From assembly GCA_965261005.1 (NCBI GenBank), contig OZ253375.1, positions 1,280,001 through 1,344,000 on the forward strand: a DNA stretch of 64,000 nucleotides, in the 5' to 3' direction. The notes below the pieces were generated by a model that was given only the letters and a program-made list of their open reading frames with translations, was not told the origin of the DNA and did not search any database. Within the stretch, counting starts at the first letter, position 1; each line of letters opens with the position of its first letter. The stretch is from Deinococcus sp. (GTDB lineage: Bacteria > Deinococcota > Deinococci > Deinococcales > Deinococcaceae). The translations under genes and the position numbers were made by a program. Positions 42,193 to 52,281 of the stretch are shown here, piece by piece.

Positions 42193-42897
42193 GTGAAGAC
42201 ATCCCCCCTTCCCCTCGCCCTGCTCGCCGCCACCCTGCTGTCCGGCCCCGCCCTCGCCTGGGTGCCGGCCCTGGACGCCACCTCGGCCAAGACCGTGATT
42301 GACAGCGCCTACAACCGTTCCGCCACCCCGGTCAAGACTTTTCTGAGCGTGGACCTCTCGGTCAAGGACGGGCAGTTCGCGGCGGGAGATAACGCCGTCA
42401 AGGTCTTCGATGGCGGCGACGCCTGCCTGAGCGACTGGCGCCAAAACCCGACCGACTACGCCAAGTTCGGCAGCCGCCCCAGCAACATCACCGTCACCGG
42501 GCAGGCCGACGAGCTGTTCCTGCAGGCCCAGCAGGCGAGGGACCAGTTCAAGAACCTGACCGTGCAGGACGCCCTCAAGCCCGACGACAACCGCCTGCCC
42601 GCCGGCAATTTGCGGGTGTACGTTCAGATGCGGGGCCTGAGCGATCAGAAGCTGCGCGACGCCTACAACGTCGCCATTCGCACGGCCGACGGCAAGATCG
42701 TGCAGCCGGTGAGGCGCGCCTTTACCAGCGACTGGAAGCAGGAGGGCGGCGCCCTCTGGAGCGGCACGATGGTCTACTACTTCGACGCGGCGGGCGCCGG
42801 CGTGAAGCCAGACGGCCAGTTGGACGTGCTTCTCAGGACCGAGGCGGACAGCAACTGCGCCTATCAGGTGCAGGCGGACCTCAGCAAGTTCTACTGA
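42193..42897 (+). CDS. secreted hypothetical protein
   Basis: SD AAGGAG; signal peptide ending ALA-W; two Cys. Confidence 0.7.
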   Translation: MKTSPLPLALLAATLLSGPALAWVPALDATSAKTVIDSAYNRSATPVKTFLSVDLSVKDGQFAAGDNAVKVFDGGDACLSDWRQNPTDYAKFGSRPSNITVTGQADELFLQAQQARDQFKNLTVQDALKPDDNRLPAGNLRVYVQMRGLSDQKLRDAYNVAIRTADGKIVQPVRRAFTSDWKQEGGALWSGTMVYYFDAAGAGVKPDGQLDVLLRTEADSNCAYQVQADLSKFY

Positions 42898-42960
42898 GCG
42901 TCTGTTCGGGGTGGCGGGCTGATCTTCGGCCCGCCGCTTTCTCTTGCCTAGAATGCCCCC

Positions 42961-43755
42961 ATGCACGCTCACCCGTCTCCCCTGCTCGCCGCCGACATCG
43001 GCAACACCAGCACGGTCGTCGGCCTGACCGACGCGGAACTGCACCTCACCCACACCTGGCGGGTGCGCAGCAACCGCGACCAGTTGCCCGACGACCTGGC
43101 GCTGCTGTTGCGCGGCTTACTGGAGCTGAGCGGGGCGCCGCGCCCGGTGAGCGCGGTGCTGTCGAGCGTGGCGCCCCCGCTCGGCCAGAATTGGCAATTG
43201 GCATTGGAACGGCACTACGGCATGCGCGCCTTTGACGTGAGTGCGGCGGCCCTGCCCGAGGTCCGCATTGACCTCGCCGATCCCAGCAGTATCGGCGCCG
43301 ACCGGCTGGCGAACCTGTTCGGAGCCGAGAAATACCTTCGGGAGCACGTGTACGTCATCGTGGTGGACTTCGGCACCAGCACCAACTTCGACGTGATCGG
43401 GCGCGGGCGGCACTTTCTGGGCGGCGTGCTGGCGACCGGGGCGCAGGTGTCGGCCGACGCCCTCTTCGCGCGGGCGGCCAAGCTGCCGCGCGTGACCCTC
43501 AGCCCGCCCGCAAAAGCGCTGGGCCACACCACCGCCGAGGCCCTTCAGTCGGGCTTGGTCTTCGGCTACGCCGAAATGGTGGACGGCCTGCTGCGAAGGT
43601 TGCGCGCCGAGCTGCCCGGTTCCGCCCTGGCCGTGGCGACCGGCGGCTTCGCCCGCACCGTGGAGGGCATCTGCAAAGGGATAGATGTCTATGACGACGA
43701 TTTGACCTTGAGGGGGTTGGTGGAATTGTGGGCCAGCCGGGAACACAGCACGTAG
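42961..43755 (+). CDS. coaX: type III pantothenate kinase
   Basis: ADIGNTS, GADR, VDFGTST, VATGG; leaderless TAGAAT 6 nt upstream. Confidence 0.93.
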   Translation: MHAHPSPLLAADIGNTSTVVGLTDAELHLTHTWRVRSNRDQLPDDLALLLRGLLELSGAPRPVSAVLSSVAPPLGQNWQLALERHYGMRAFDVSAAALPEVRIDLADPSSIGADRLANLFGAEKYLREHVYVIVVDFGTSTNFDVIGRGRHFLGGVLATGAQVSADALFARAAKLPRVTLSPPAKALGHTTAEALQSGLVFGYAEMVDGLLRRLRAELPGSALAVATGGFARTVEGICKGIDVYDDDLTLRGLVELWASREHST

Positions 43756-43830
43756 CCTCTCCCACATCCCACAACTTACTCCCTTCCCGCTAACATCCCT
43801 TGAGCGCCCTCATGTTAAGATAACTTCCAG

Positions 43831-44943
43831 ATGGATTACTACGAATTGCTGGGTGTGCCGCGCGACGCGCCCCTCGAAGAGATCAAAAAGGCGTACCGCA
43901 AGCTGGCCCTCCAGCACCACCCCGACCGCAACAAGGAAAGCGGGGCGGCCGAGAAGTTCGCGCAGATCAACGCGGCCTACGCCACGCTATCCGACGCCGA
44001 GAAGCGGGCGCACTACGACCGCTTTGGGTCCGAGCCGGCGGCGGGCGGAATGCCGGGCGGTTTCGGCGAGGCGGGCTTCGACCCCTTCGATCTGTTCGAG
44101 CAGATGTTCGGCGGTGGCCTGTTCGGCGGGCGGGGCGGGCGGCGCGCGGCGCGCGGCGACGACCTGGAGACCGCGCTGCGCATCACGCTGGAGCAGGCCC
44201 GCGCGGGGGCCGAGGTCGAGGTGCCGCTGGACCGTCTCTCCCAGTGCGAACACTGCCACGGCACCAGGACCGAGCCGGGCGGCAAGCCGCCGCAAACCTG
44301 CCCCACCTGTCATGGTCAGGGTGTGGTGGCGCAGCAGACCCGCACCATCTTCGGCAACGTGGTGACCCAGGCGCCGTGCCCCACCTGTCGGGGCGACGGT
44401 CAGATTATCGAGGACCCCTGCACGGTCTGTCATGGGCGCGGGCGCACCCTGGGGGCCGAGCAGGTCTTGGTCAAGCTGCCAAAAGGCATTGACGAGGGCT
44501 ACCGCATCCGGGTGGCGGGCATGGGCAACGAGGGGCCGGGCGGCAACGGCGACCTCTACGTCCATTTGGAGATGGAAGCCCACCCGGAGCTGACCCGTGA
44601 AAACGAAAACCTGATTTACCGCGCCAAAATCGGCGTCGCGCAGGCGGTCTTCGGCGGCCACTTGGAGGCGCCCACGCTGGACGGCCCGAGGGAGGTGGAG
44701 TTTAAGGCCGGCACCCAGGACGGCGACACCGTGCGGCTGCGCGGCCAGGGGATGCCCAAGCTTCAGGCTTACGGCACCGGCGACCTGGTGGTGGTCTTCG
44801 ACGTGCAGATTCCAAAGGCGGCGGCCCTGAGCAAGGAGGCCCGCGCCCATTTGGAAGCCTACGCCCGCGAGGTGGGCGAGGACGTGGACGCGAGGGAGCC
44901 GGGGCTGCTGGGACGCATCGGCAAGGCGCTGCGCGGGGAGTGA
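43831..44943 (+). CDS. dnaJ: chaperone DnaJ
   Basis: HPD J-domain, G/F-rich region, four CxxCxG zinc-finger repeats. Confidence 0.96.
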   Translation: MDYYELLGVPRDAPLEEIKKAYRKLALQHHPDRNKESGAAEKFAQINAAYATLSDAEKRAHYDRFGSEPAAGGMPGGFGEAGFDPFDLFEQMFGGGLFGGRGGRRAARGDDLETALRITLEQARAGAEVEVPLDRLSQCEHCHGTRTEPGGKPPQTCPTCHGQGVVAQQTRTIFGNVVTQAPCPTCRGDGQIIEDPCTVCHGRGRTLGAEQVLVKLPKGIDEGYRIRVAGMGNEGPGGNGDLYVHLEMEAHPELTRENENLIYRAKIGVAQAVFGGHLEAPTLDGPREVEFKAGTQDGDTVRLRGQGMPKLQAYGTGDLVVVFDVQIPKAAALSKEARAHLEAYAREVGEDVDAREPGLLGRIGKALRGE

Positions 44944-45009
44944 GGGTCGTCCAGCCTCGCTTGGCCGCTATATTGAGGCGCAACGCCATACCTGCATTCA
45001 GAGGTTCCC

Positions 45010-45972
45010 TTGCCCAACCATGACCGTCCCCTGCTGGTGTTTTCCGGCCAGTCCAACTGCGCGCTTGCCGAGGAAATTTGCGACCATCTGGGCATTCCCC
45101 TCGGCAAAAGCGAGACCCAGCGCTTCACCAACGACAACCTGATCGTGCGCTATAAGGAGTCCCTGCGCGAGGCCGACGTCTTCGTGGTGCAGAGCTTCAC
45201 CACGCCCGTCAGCGACTCCATCATGGAACTCCTGCTACTGATTGACGCGGCCAAGAGCGCCTCGGCGGCGCGCGTGACGGCCGTGATTCCCTACTACAGC
45301 TACGCCCGCAGCGACAAAAAGGACGAGCCGCGTATCTCCATCGCTGGCCGCTTGGTCGCCGACTTGGTGCAGGCGTCGGGGGCCGACCGGGTGCTGACCA
45401 TGACGCTGCACAGCCCGCAGGTCCACGGTTTTTTCAAGATTCCGGTAGACCACCTTTCGGCCGAGATGGTGCTGGCCCGCCACTTCGAGCACACCGTGCC
45501 GAACGTGCGTGAGGGGGTGGTCCTGGCCCCCGACGCCGGCGACATCAAGCGCGCCTCGGCGCTGGCGCGGCGCCTCGGGTGCGGCCTCGCCTTTATCGAC
45601 AAGCAGCGCACCGGGGACACCTCGGTGGAGGCGCGGCTGCTGGTCGGCGACGTGCGCGGCAAGCCGGTGGTGATCGTGGACGACGAGATCGCCACCGCCG
45701 GCAGCTTGGTGGAGGCGGTCGCCCTCGCCAAGCAGAGCGGGGCCGCCGACGTGCACGTGGGTGTCACCCACGGCGTGTACACCGGCCCCGCCGTGGAGCG
45801 CATTCGCGACCTCGACGTGCGCGAAGTGTGCTCGACCAACACCGTCCGCGTGCCCGAGGCTAAGGTGGAAGCGTCGGGCAATAAGCTGTGTACCCTCACG
45901 GTCGCGCCGCTGTTCGCCAAGGCCATCCGGCACATTCACACCGGGGAGTCGGTCAGCACGCTGTTCGAGTGA
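45010..45972 (+). CDS. prs: ribose-phosphate pyrophosphokinase
   Basis: [27 protein letters not shown]. Confidence 0.95.
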   Translation: MPNHDRPLLVFSGQSNCALAEEICDHLGIPLGKSETQRFTNDNLIVRYKESLREADVFVVQSFTTPVSDSIMELLLLIDAAKSASAARVTAVIPYYSYARSDKKDEPRISIAGRLVADLVQASGADRVLTMTLHSPQVHGFFKIPVDHLSAEMVLARHFEHTVPNVREGVVLAPDAGDIKRASALARRLGCGLAFIDKQRTGDTSVEARLLVGDVRGKPVVIVDDEIATAGSLVEAVALAKQSGAADVHVGVTHGVYTGPAVERIRDLDVREVCSTNTVRVPEAKVEASGNKLCTLTVAPLFAKAIRHIHTGESVSTLFE

Positions 45973-45989
45973 GACCGGCTCCCCTTTTT

Positions 45990-46274
45990 TTAGTCGGCCA
46001 CCACCTCGACGCCCTTCCAGAACGCCACGTGGTCCTTGATCTCCTTTGCGGCGTCCTTGGGGGCCGGGTAGTACCAAGCGGCGTCGGGATTGGTCTGGCC
46101 GTCCACGTCGAGGATGTAGTAGCTGGCGGTGCCCTTCCAAGGGCAGACCGTCGTGGTGGCGCTGTCACGCAAAAAAGATTTCTCCACCGAGTCGGCCGGG
46201 AAGTAGTGGTTGCCCTCGATCACCACGGTGTGGTCACTCTGCGCGATGGTCGCGCCGTTCCAGATTGCCCGCAT
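45990..46274 (-). CDS. DUF427 family protein
   Basis: EGNHYFP...CPWKGTASYY...AAWYYP...VAFW; SD GGAGG. Confidence 0.88.
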   Translation of the reverse strand: MRAIWNGATIAQSDHTVVIEGNHYFPADSVEKSFLRDSATTTVCPWKGTASYYILDVDGQTNPDAAWYYPAPKDAAKEIKDHVAFWKGVEVVAD

Positions 46275-46396
46275 AAAGACCTCCGAAGCCGAGCGTAGCC
46301 CCGCGCCCGACTTGAAAACGTCGCGCTCACGACAGAGCGTGAATCTCACAAGACGTTTGCACTTGAGCGGGAACGCCGTAGCTGCCAAGGTGTGGC

Positions 46397-47461
46397 ATGC
46401 GACGAACGCTCAGCCTGCTCACTTTTATCTGCGCCTGCTCGGCGGGGGCGCACGAGAAGTGGTTTTACGACGCGACCGACTATCCCGCGCGCCTAAGCGC
46501 GGTGGGGCGGCCCTTCACGCTCCTGCTGATCGGCGCGGTTGTGGCCGCCGCCGTGATCGGCTGGCTGTGGCAACGCTCTCGCGGCGGGCGCGAACTGTTG
46601 CCAGGGCCAGCCTTTTTCGGCGCCTCCGAGCGGGGCATGACCCTGCTGTACGCCGTGATCCCGGCCATTCTGGCGGTCCACGCCGCCGTGCCCTTGGTGG
46701 TGAACGGGGTGCTGGGCGATCTGTTTTCGCCCAATAACGCTCTTTTGGGCGGCTGGAAGTACCCGCTGGGCCTCCTGGAGGTGGGCATCGCGCTGGCCCT
46801 GTTTTACGGCGGCTTCACGCGCTTGGCAGCGCTCTCGCTCGCGCTGCTGTGGCTGTTCGGCTTGTGGCTGGGCGGCGTGGGGGACATGCTGGACAACCTG
46901 CACTACCTGGGCCTGGCCGCCTTTTTCTGGCTGGCGGGGCGCGGGCCGTATTCGGTGGGCCGCTTGGTGCTGCCGAACTTGGACGCGCCGCCCGAGCTGG
47001 CCCACCTCGCGGTGCCCGCGCTGCGCATCTTCACGGCCCTCAGCTTGATCGCCACCGCCTTTTCCGAGAAGCTGGCCAACCCGGCGCTGGCGGGGGCCTT
47101 TTTGCAGAAGTACCCCATCAACCTGGCGGCCAACTTGGGGCTGCCGATTCCCGACGTCACCTTCGCGCTGCTGGCGGGGGCGGTGGAGTTGACGCTGGGC
47201 GTGTTCTTGCTGTTCAACATCTTCCCCAGGCTGGTCATCCTGGTCGCCTGGCTCCCCTTCAACCTCACGCTGACGGTGTTCGGTTGGCAGGAGCTGGTCG
47301 GCCACCTGCCGTACTACGGCATCATGGCGCTGCTGCTGATCTGGCCGGGAGGCAAGGAGAACGACGCGCTGTGGCGCCGGGGCCTGCACGAAACCGCCCT
47401 ACCCACGCCGCCGCGCCGGGCCAGGGGGACGGCGCCGGCGGTGGGGACTGAGCGGGCGTAG
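46397..47461 (+). CDS. multi-pass membrane protein, DoxX-like, with signal peptide followed by HEKWF
   Basis: SAGA-HEKWF; many TM helices; SEKLANP, ELVGHLPYYG. Confidence 0.65.
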   Translation: MRRTLSLLTFICACSAGAHEKWFYDATDYPARLSAVGRPFTLLLIGAVVAAAVIGWLWQRSRGGRELLPGPAFFGASERGMTLLYAVIPAILAVHAAVPLVVNGVLGDLFSPNNALLGGWKYPLGLLEVGIALALFYGGFTRLAALSLALLWLFGLWLGGVGDMLDNLHYLGLAAFFWLAGRGPYSVGRLVLPNLDAPPELAHLAVPALRIFTALSLIATAFSEKLANPALAGAFLQKYPINLAANLGLPIPDVTFALLAGAVELTLGVFLLFNIFPRLVILVAWLPFNLTLTVFGWQELVGHLPYYGIMALLLIWPGGKENDALWRRGLHETALPTPPRRARGTAPAVGTERA

Positions 47462-47534
47462 GCCCTTTCTTCACCAAGCCTCGCAATGCCACCTGTGCCA
47501 CAAGGCGTCCTCGGCGCGCGGCTAGCATCGGGGG

Positions 47535-49118
47535 ATGGCAAGAACCCTGATGCTGACGACCCTGCTCGCGCTGGCCGGGCAGAGCCTCGCGGCCGGCACC
47601 TTGGTCTACGGCGCCCCCGGCGAGCCGGTGACCCTCGACCCCGGCAACGCTTCCGACAACCCCAGCTTGCAGGTGCAGACCCAGATTTACGACCGCCTGG
47701 TGAACTTCAAGCCGGGCACCGCCACGCCCGCGCCGGGCTTGGCGACGTCTTGGAGCGCCAACGCGGACGCGACGGTGTGGACCTTCAAGCTTAGAAAGGG
47801 GGTCAAGTTCAGCGACGGCACACCCTTCGACGCGGGCGCGGTCATCTTCAACGTGAACCGCTGGTGGGACCCGGGGGACAAGTACGGCTCCCGTTCCCAG
47901 GGCAAGATCTTTGAAATTTGGAGCGACCTGCTGGGCGGCTTCAAGGGCGACCAGAACAGCGTTCTGAAGAGCGTCGCCAAGCTGGACGACCATACGGTGC
48001 GCTTCACGCTGAATCAGCCCTTCACGGCCTTTCCGGACATCCTGGGCACCGACTACTTCGGCGTCGCCTCGCCGGCGGCGGTGAGGGCGCAGGGGGCCAA
48101 GTACGGCACCCCGGCCAGCACGCCGGTGGGCACCGGGCCATTTGTCTTTGGAAGTTGGAAAACCGGCGACCGCGTGACGCTGACACCCAACAAGGGCTAC
48201 TGGGGCACCAAGAGCACGCTGGACGGCTTCGTGATCCGCTTTCTGAAGGATCCCAGCGCCCGGCTCAACGAGCTGCGCGCCGGCGGCATCGACTTCACCA
48301 GCAGCCTCAACCCTGACGACGCGAAGACCATCAAAAGGGATCCCAAGCTGACGTTGGTGCTGCCGCCCGCCTTCAACGTCGGGCTGCTGAACCTCAACAC
48401 CCGCAACACCTACCTGAAAAGCGCGCAGGTGCGGCGGGCCGTCAGCATGGCGGTCAACAAAAAGGCCATCGTGGCGGCGTTTTGGGGCGACCTCGGCAGC
48501 AGCGACGCCTCCTTGCTGCCGGCCGCGCTGGGGTGGGCCAACTCGGGCAGCGTGCCGGCGGACTATAAGTACGATCCGCAGGCCGCCAAAGCGCTGCTGA
48601 CCCAGGCGGGCTACCCCAACGGCTTCACGCTGGACTTGTGGTATCCCCCGATCTCGCGCAGCTACTTTCCCACGCCCAAGCCGGTCGCCGAGGCCATCGC
48701 GGCCGACCTCGCGGCCGTCGGCGTCAAGGCCAACCTGCGCACCGAGGACTGGGCCGCCTACCTGCGCGACCGCAACAAGGCGCCGGGCTTCGACATGTTC
48801 CTGTACGGCTGGAGCGGCGACTACGGCGACCCGGACAACTTCTACTCGGCCTTTTATGGGCCGGGCGGCTCGGACGACACCGGCTACGACCCGCCCGAGC
48901 TGGCCGCCCTCCTGAAGAAGGGCCGCGCCGCCGTGGGCCAGACGGCCAAGGCCAAAATCTACGCCCAGGTACAGCAGCTCACCTACGCCGCCGACGTCCG
49001 CCTCCCCATCGTCCACGGCGTCGCGCCGGCCGCCGCGCGCACGTACGTCAAGAACTGGATCACCGGCCCCCTCGGCGTGCTGGAAAACGTCAACCTGATT
49101 CGGCTGGAGGAGAAGTAG
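47535..49118 (+). CDS. ABC transporter substrate-binding protein (family 5, DppA/OppA-like)
   Basis: TLDP, PGLATSW, FKLRKGVKFSDGTPF, GTGPF; leaderless TAGCAT 6 nt upstream. Confidence 0.9.
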   Translation: MARTLMLTTLLALAGQSLAAGTLVYGAPGEPVTLDPGNASDNPSLQVQTQIYDRLVNFKPGTATPAPGLATSWSANADATVWTFKLRKGVKFSDGTPFDAGAVIFNVNRWWDPGDKYGSRSQGKIFEIWSDLLGGFKGDQNSVLKSVAKLDDHTVRFTLNQPFTAFPDILGTDYFGVASPAAVRAQGAKYGTPASTPVGTGPFVFGSWKTGDRVTLTPNKGYWGTKSTLDGFVIRFLKDPSARLNELRAGGIDFTSSLNPDDAKTIKRDPKLTLVLPPAFNVGLLNLNTRNTYLKSAQVRRAVSMAVNKKAIVAAFWGDLGSSDASLLPAALGWANSGSVPADYKYDPQAAKALLTQAGYPNGFTLDLWYPPISRSYFPTPKPVAEAIAADLAAVGVKANLRTEDWAAYLRDRNKAPGFDMFLYGWSGDYGDPDNFYSAFYGPGGSDDTGYDPPELAALLKKGRAAVGQTAKAKIYAQVQQLTYAADVRLPIVHGVAPAAARTYVKNWITGPLGVLENVNLIRLEEK

Positions 49119-49140
49119 AGAACCTCGCAACCCCAAATTA

Positions 49141-49170
49141 AGGGCGCCCCCGACTTCTCGGGGGCGCCCT
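49141..49170. terminator. bidirectional hairpin terminator
   Basis: AGGGCGCCCCCGA-CTTC-TCGGGGGCGCCCT. Confidence 0.8.
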
Positions 49171-49182
49171 GTTTAAACTCGC

Positions 49183-50964
49183 TCAGGCTTTGATCTTCGG
49201 GGCCGGATACCCGTCCGCTTCCAAAACGGCCTTTGCCACGTGGCGGCGCAGGCGGATGGTGTTGGTGCTGGCCTGCTTGGTCAGCTTTTTGACGGCCGAC
49301 AGCATGACGCGCAATTCGTCCCCCTCGGCGATCATGCTCAGGGCCTCGCGCGCCAAGGTCGCGGCCTTCTCGGCGGCCTCGAAGACGTAGACCTGGGTCA
49401 TCTCGCTTTGCAGTTCGGGGGCGCCCAGCTTGCGGGTCCGCAGCAGCGCCGACTCGCCCGCGTAGGCCAGCATCACGATGTCGGCGGCGCGCATCAGGAT
49501 CTCCTGGCGGCTCTCCAGCTGTGGGCCGTACTTCTGGGCGGCACTGCCGGCGACGAGCAGGGCCAGCTTCTTGAGATTCGAGACGACCTTCAGCTCGGCG
49601 GCGAGGGGCTGGGTGTCCTCTTCTTCAGCAAAGCTCGGCTCCAGCAATTCGGCCTGCAACTTTTGGGCGGCCTGGAGCAGGGGAAGCTCCCCCTTCATGG
49701 CGCGCTTCAGGAGCTGCCCCGGAATCAGCAGGCGGTTGATCTCGTTGGTGCCCTCGAAGATGCGGTTGATGCGCGCGTCGCGGTAAGCGCGCTCGATGGC
49801 GTACTCCTGGCTGTAGCCGACGCCACCGTGAATCTGCACGCCCTCGTCCACGGCGTAGTCGAGCAGCTCCGACCCCAACACCTTGAGCATGCTGGCCTCG
49901 GCGGCGTACTCCTCGATGGCCCTCAGCTTGTCCACGCCGTTCTCGATGGCCCCGTCAATCAGGCCCACCAAGCGGTACAGCGCGCTCTCGACCGCGTAGG
50001 TGCGAATGGCGATGCCCGCGAGCTTTTCCTGAATGGCCCCGAAGGCGGCGATGGGCTGGCCGAACTGCTCGCGTTCCTGGGCGTACTTGGCGCTGAGTTC
50101 GAGCGCGTCCTTGGCCCCGCCGACGCCGCCCGCGCCCAGCTTGTAGCGGCCGACGTTGAGGATGTTAAAGGCGATCTTGGCCCCCGCCCCCACGCCGCCC
50201 AGCAAGTTCCCCGCCGGCACCTTCACGTTGTCGAGGTTGAGCACGACCGTGCTGGAGGAGCGGATGCCCATCTTGTGCTCCTCGGCGGCGGTGCTGACCC
50301 CATCGAAGGCGCGCTCGACGAGGAAGGCGCTGAACTTGTTGCCCTCCGGCGTCTTCACCTGCGCGAATACCGTGAACAAGTCGGCGATGCCGCCGTTGGA
50401 GATCCACATCTTGGCGCCGTTGAGGGTGTAGGAGCTGCCGTCCTCGGACAAAGTGGCGGTCGTCTTGGCGGCCTGCGCGTCCGAGCCGCTGCTGGGTTCG
50501 GTCAGGCAGTAGGCCGCGATCAGCTCGGCGGTGGCGAGCCTTGGGAGGTACTTCTCCTTTTGCGCCTCGCTGCCGAAGTACACCGTGGGCAGCGAGCCGA
50601 TGGATTGGTGCGCCCCGTAGGTCACGCCGAAGCCGCCGGTCTTGGCGGTCTTCTCGGCGATGATCAGGCTGGCCGCCTTGGGCAGGTCCAGGCCGCCGTA
50701 CTCCTCCGGAATCTCCACGGCGGTGAGGCCGAGGTCGCCCGCACGGCGCAGCAGCTTCTGGTTCAGGCCGGGCTGCTTGGCCTCCAACTCGGCGATCAGC
50801 GGCATCACCTCGCGCTCCACGAAGGTCCCGGTGGTGTCAGCGATCTGGCGCAACACGCCGTCCAGGTCCTCGGGGGTATAGACGCTCTGGGGGTCGGTGT
50901 CCTGAATCAGAAACGCGCCACCCTTGACGAGTAGTTGAGGCGTTTTCTCCTGCGTGGCCGCCAT
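49183..50964 (-). CDS. acyl-CoA dehydrogenase (long, FadE-type)
   Basis: AYCLTEPSSGSDA, KMWISNG, HKMGIRSS, RDARINRIFEGTNEI. Confidence 0.93.
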   Translation of the reverse strand: MAATQEKTPQLLVKGGAFLIQDTDPQSVYTPEDLDGVLRQIADTTGTFVEREVMPLIAELEAKQPGLNQKLLRRAGDLGLTAVEIPEEYGGLDLPKAASLIIAEKTAKTGGFGVTYGAHQSIGSLPTVYFGSEAQKEKYLPRLATAELIAAYCLTEPSSGSDAQAAKTTATLSEDGSSYTLNGAKMWISNGGIADLFTVFAQVKTPEGNKFSAFLVERAFDGVSTAAEEHKMGIRSSSTVVLNLDNVKVPAGNLLGGVGAGAKIAFNILNVGRYKLGAGGVGGAKDALELSAKYAQEREQFGQPIAAFGAIQEKLAGIAIRTYAVESALYRLVGLIDGAIENGVDKLRAIEEYAAEASMLKVLGSELLDYAVDEGVQIHGGVGYSQEYAIERAYRDARINRIFEGTNEINRLLIPGQLLKRAMKGELPLLQAAQKLQAELLEPSFAEEEDTQPLAAELKVVSNLKKLALLVAGSAAQKYGPQLESRQEILMRAADIVMLAYAGESALLRTRKLGAPELQSEMTQVYVFEAAEKAATLAREALSMIAEGDELRVMLSAVKKLTKQASTNTIRLRRHVAKAVLEADGYPAPKIKA

Positions 50965-50992
50965 ACGGTCCTCCTTGTGAACTCAGAAATTA

Positions 50993-51007
50993 TTGTACTC
51001 AGTATAA
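50993..51007. promoter_or_regulatory. putative TetR-family FadR operator over the acyl-CoA dehydrogenase promoter
   Basis: TTGTACTCAGTATAA palindrome fits TTRNACYNRGTNYAA as recalled for Thermus FadR; overlaps minus-strand TATACT/TACAAT boxes. Confidence 0.65.
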
Positions 51008-51061
51008 AACAGCGGGACGCACAAAAAAAGACGGCCCGCAGGCCGCCTTTTCTCACAGAAC

Positions 51062-51298
51062 TCAGCGCCGGTCGCCCGCCGGCTCGCCGGGCAAATCGTC
51101 GCCGGTTTTGCGCCCGAGGGTTTTATCCTCGTCGGGAAAGGTGAAGTCGTCCCCGGCGCCGCGCGGAATGGCGTTCTCGCCGTCCTGCTCGCGCAGTTGG
51201 TGGATCTCGGCGTCCTGCTGCTTTTGAATGGCGCTGTCCTTGCCCACGTAGCCCCGGCCCTCGCGGTCCGAGGCGGGAATGCTCTTGTCGTCGCTCAT
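51062..51298 (-). CDS. small acidic hypothetical protein (78 aa)
   Basis: SD AGGGAG; followed by a terminator at ~51023-51051. Confidence 0.65.
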   Translation of the reverse strand: MSDDKSIPASDREGRGYVGKDSAIQKQQDAEIHQLREQDGENAIPRGAGDDFTFPDEDKTLGRKTGDDLPGEPAGDRR

Positions 51299-51376
51299 TG
51301 ATAACTCCCTTCACGGGCAGCATGGCGAACGGCGGCCTCGGCCCGGCCAAAAGCTCATGAACACATCTTCACGCCT

Positions 51377-52213
51377 TTACCGGCCGCTGAACTTGGCCGC
51401 TCTCCGTTCCAGAAAGTGCCCGACCCCTTCCCGAAAGTCCTCGCTGCCGAAGCCGGCCAGCATCTCCATCAGGGCGTCCTGCATGGACGCGCTCAGACTC
51501 TGGCTTTGGGCGGCGTACAGCTGGCGCTTGATGACATTCAGGGAGCGCGGCGAGACGGTGCTGGCCATCTCGCGGGCGTAGGCCATCACCCCATCCATGA
51601 AGTCCTCGTCGGGCAGCACCCGGTTCACCAAACCCAATTCTTTCGCTTCCCGCGCGTCCACCTGCCGGGCGCTGAACAGCAGATCGGCGGCGTTCGCCAT
51701 GCCGATCAGGCGCGGCAACTGCCAAGCCACCCCATACTCGGCCACCAAGCCCAGGCGCGCGAAGGCGGTGGAGAGCTTGGCCGACTCGGCCGCGAAGCGC
51801 AGGTCGCAGAACAAGCTGATGACCAAGCCGAGGCCCACCACCGGGCCGTTCAGGGCGGCGATCACGGGCTTGTCGAGGGCCGCCAGGTAGGCCGGCTCCA
51901 AGCGGTACTCGGCATGGTGTTCGGCGGCGAGGTCTTGCAGCTCGGGCGGGCGGCGCAGCAACACGTCGCGCAAACCCTCCCCGCCCGCGTTCAACGCCCC
52001 TTTCAGGTCCTCCAAGTCCGCCCCGGCGCAAAAGCCGCGCCCGGCCCCGGTCAGCACGATCACGCGCGCCGCGTCGTCGGCGTTCGCCGCCAGCATGTGG
52101 GCGCGCACCTCGGCCGCCATCTGCTGGGTCCAGGCGTTCAGCTTGTCGGGGCGGTTGAGGGTCACGGTCGCCACGCCGTCCTGCACCCGGTACTGCGTCT
52201 GCGCTTCGCTCAT
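51377..52213 (-). CDS. enoyl-CoA hydratase/isomerase
   Basis: LNRPDKLNA, FCAGADL, KPVIAALNG, DFREGV. Confidence 0.92.
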   Translation of the reverse strand: MSEAQTQYRVQDGVATVTLNRPDKLNAWTQQMAAEVRAHMLAANADDAARVIVLTGAGRGFCAGADLEDLKGALNAGGEGLRDVLLRRPPELQDLAAEHHAEYRLEPAYLAALDKPVIAALNGPVVGLGLVISLFCDLRFAAESAKLSTAFARLGLVAEYGVAWQLPRLIGMANAADLLFSARQVDAREAKELGLVNRVLPDEDFMDGVMAYAREMASTVSPRSLNVIKRQLYAAQSQSLSASMQDALMEMLAGFGSEDFREGVGHFLERRAAKFSGR

Positions 52214-52281
52214 GGTTGGCCTCCTTGGGACGCGACCATCATAGCCCCGCGCGTAACCGGCGCGAGTGGTCTACTGGGGGC

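Noticed and set aside
47535..49118. ABC substrate-binding protein without permease genes
   Set aside because: Orphan family-5 binding proteins are common and normally use a transporter encoded elsewhere
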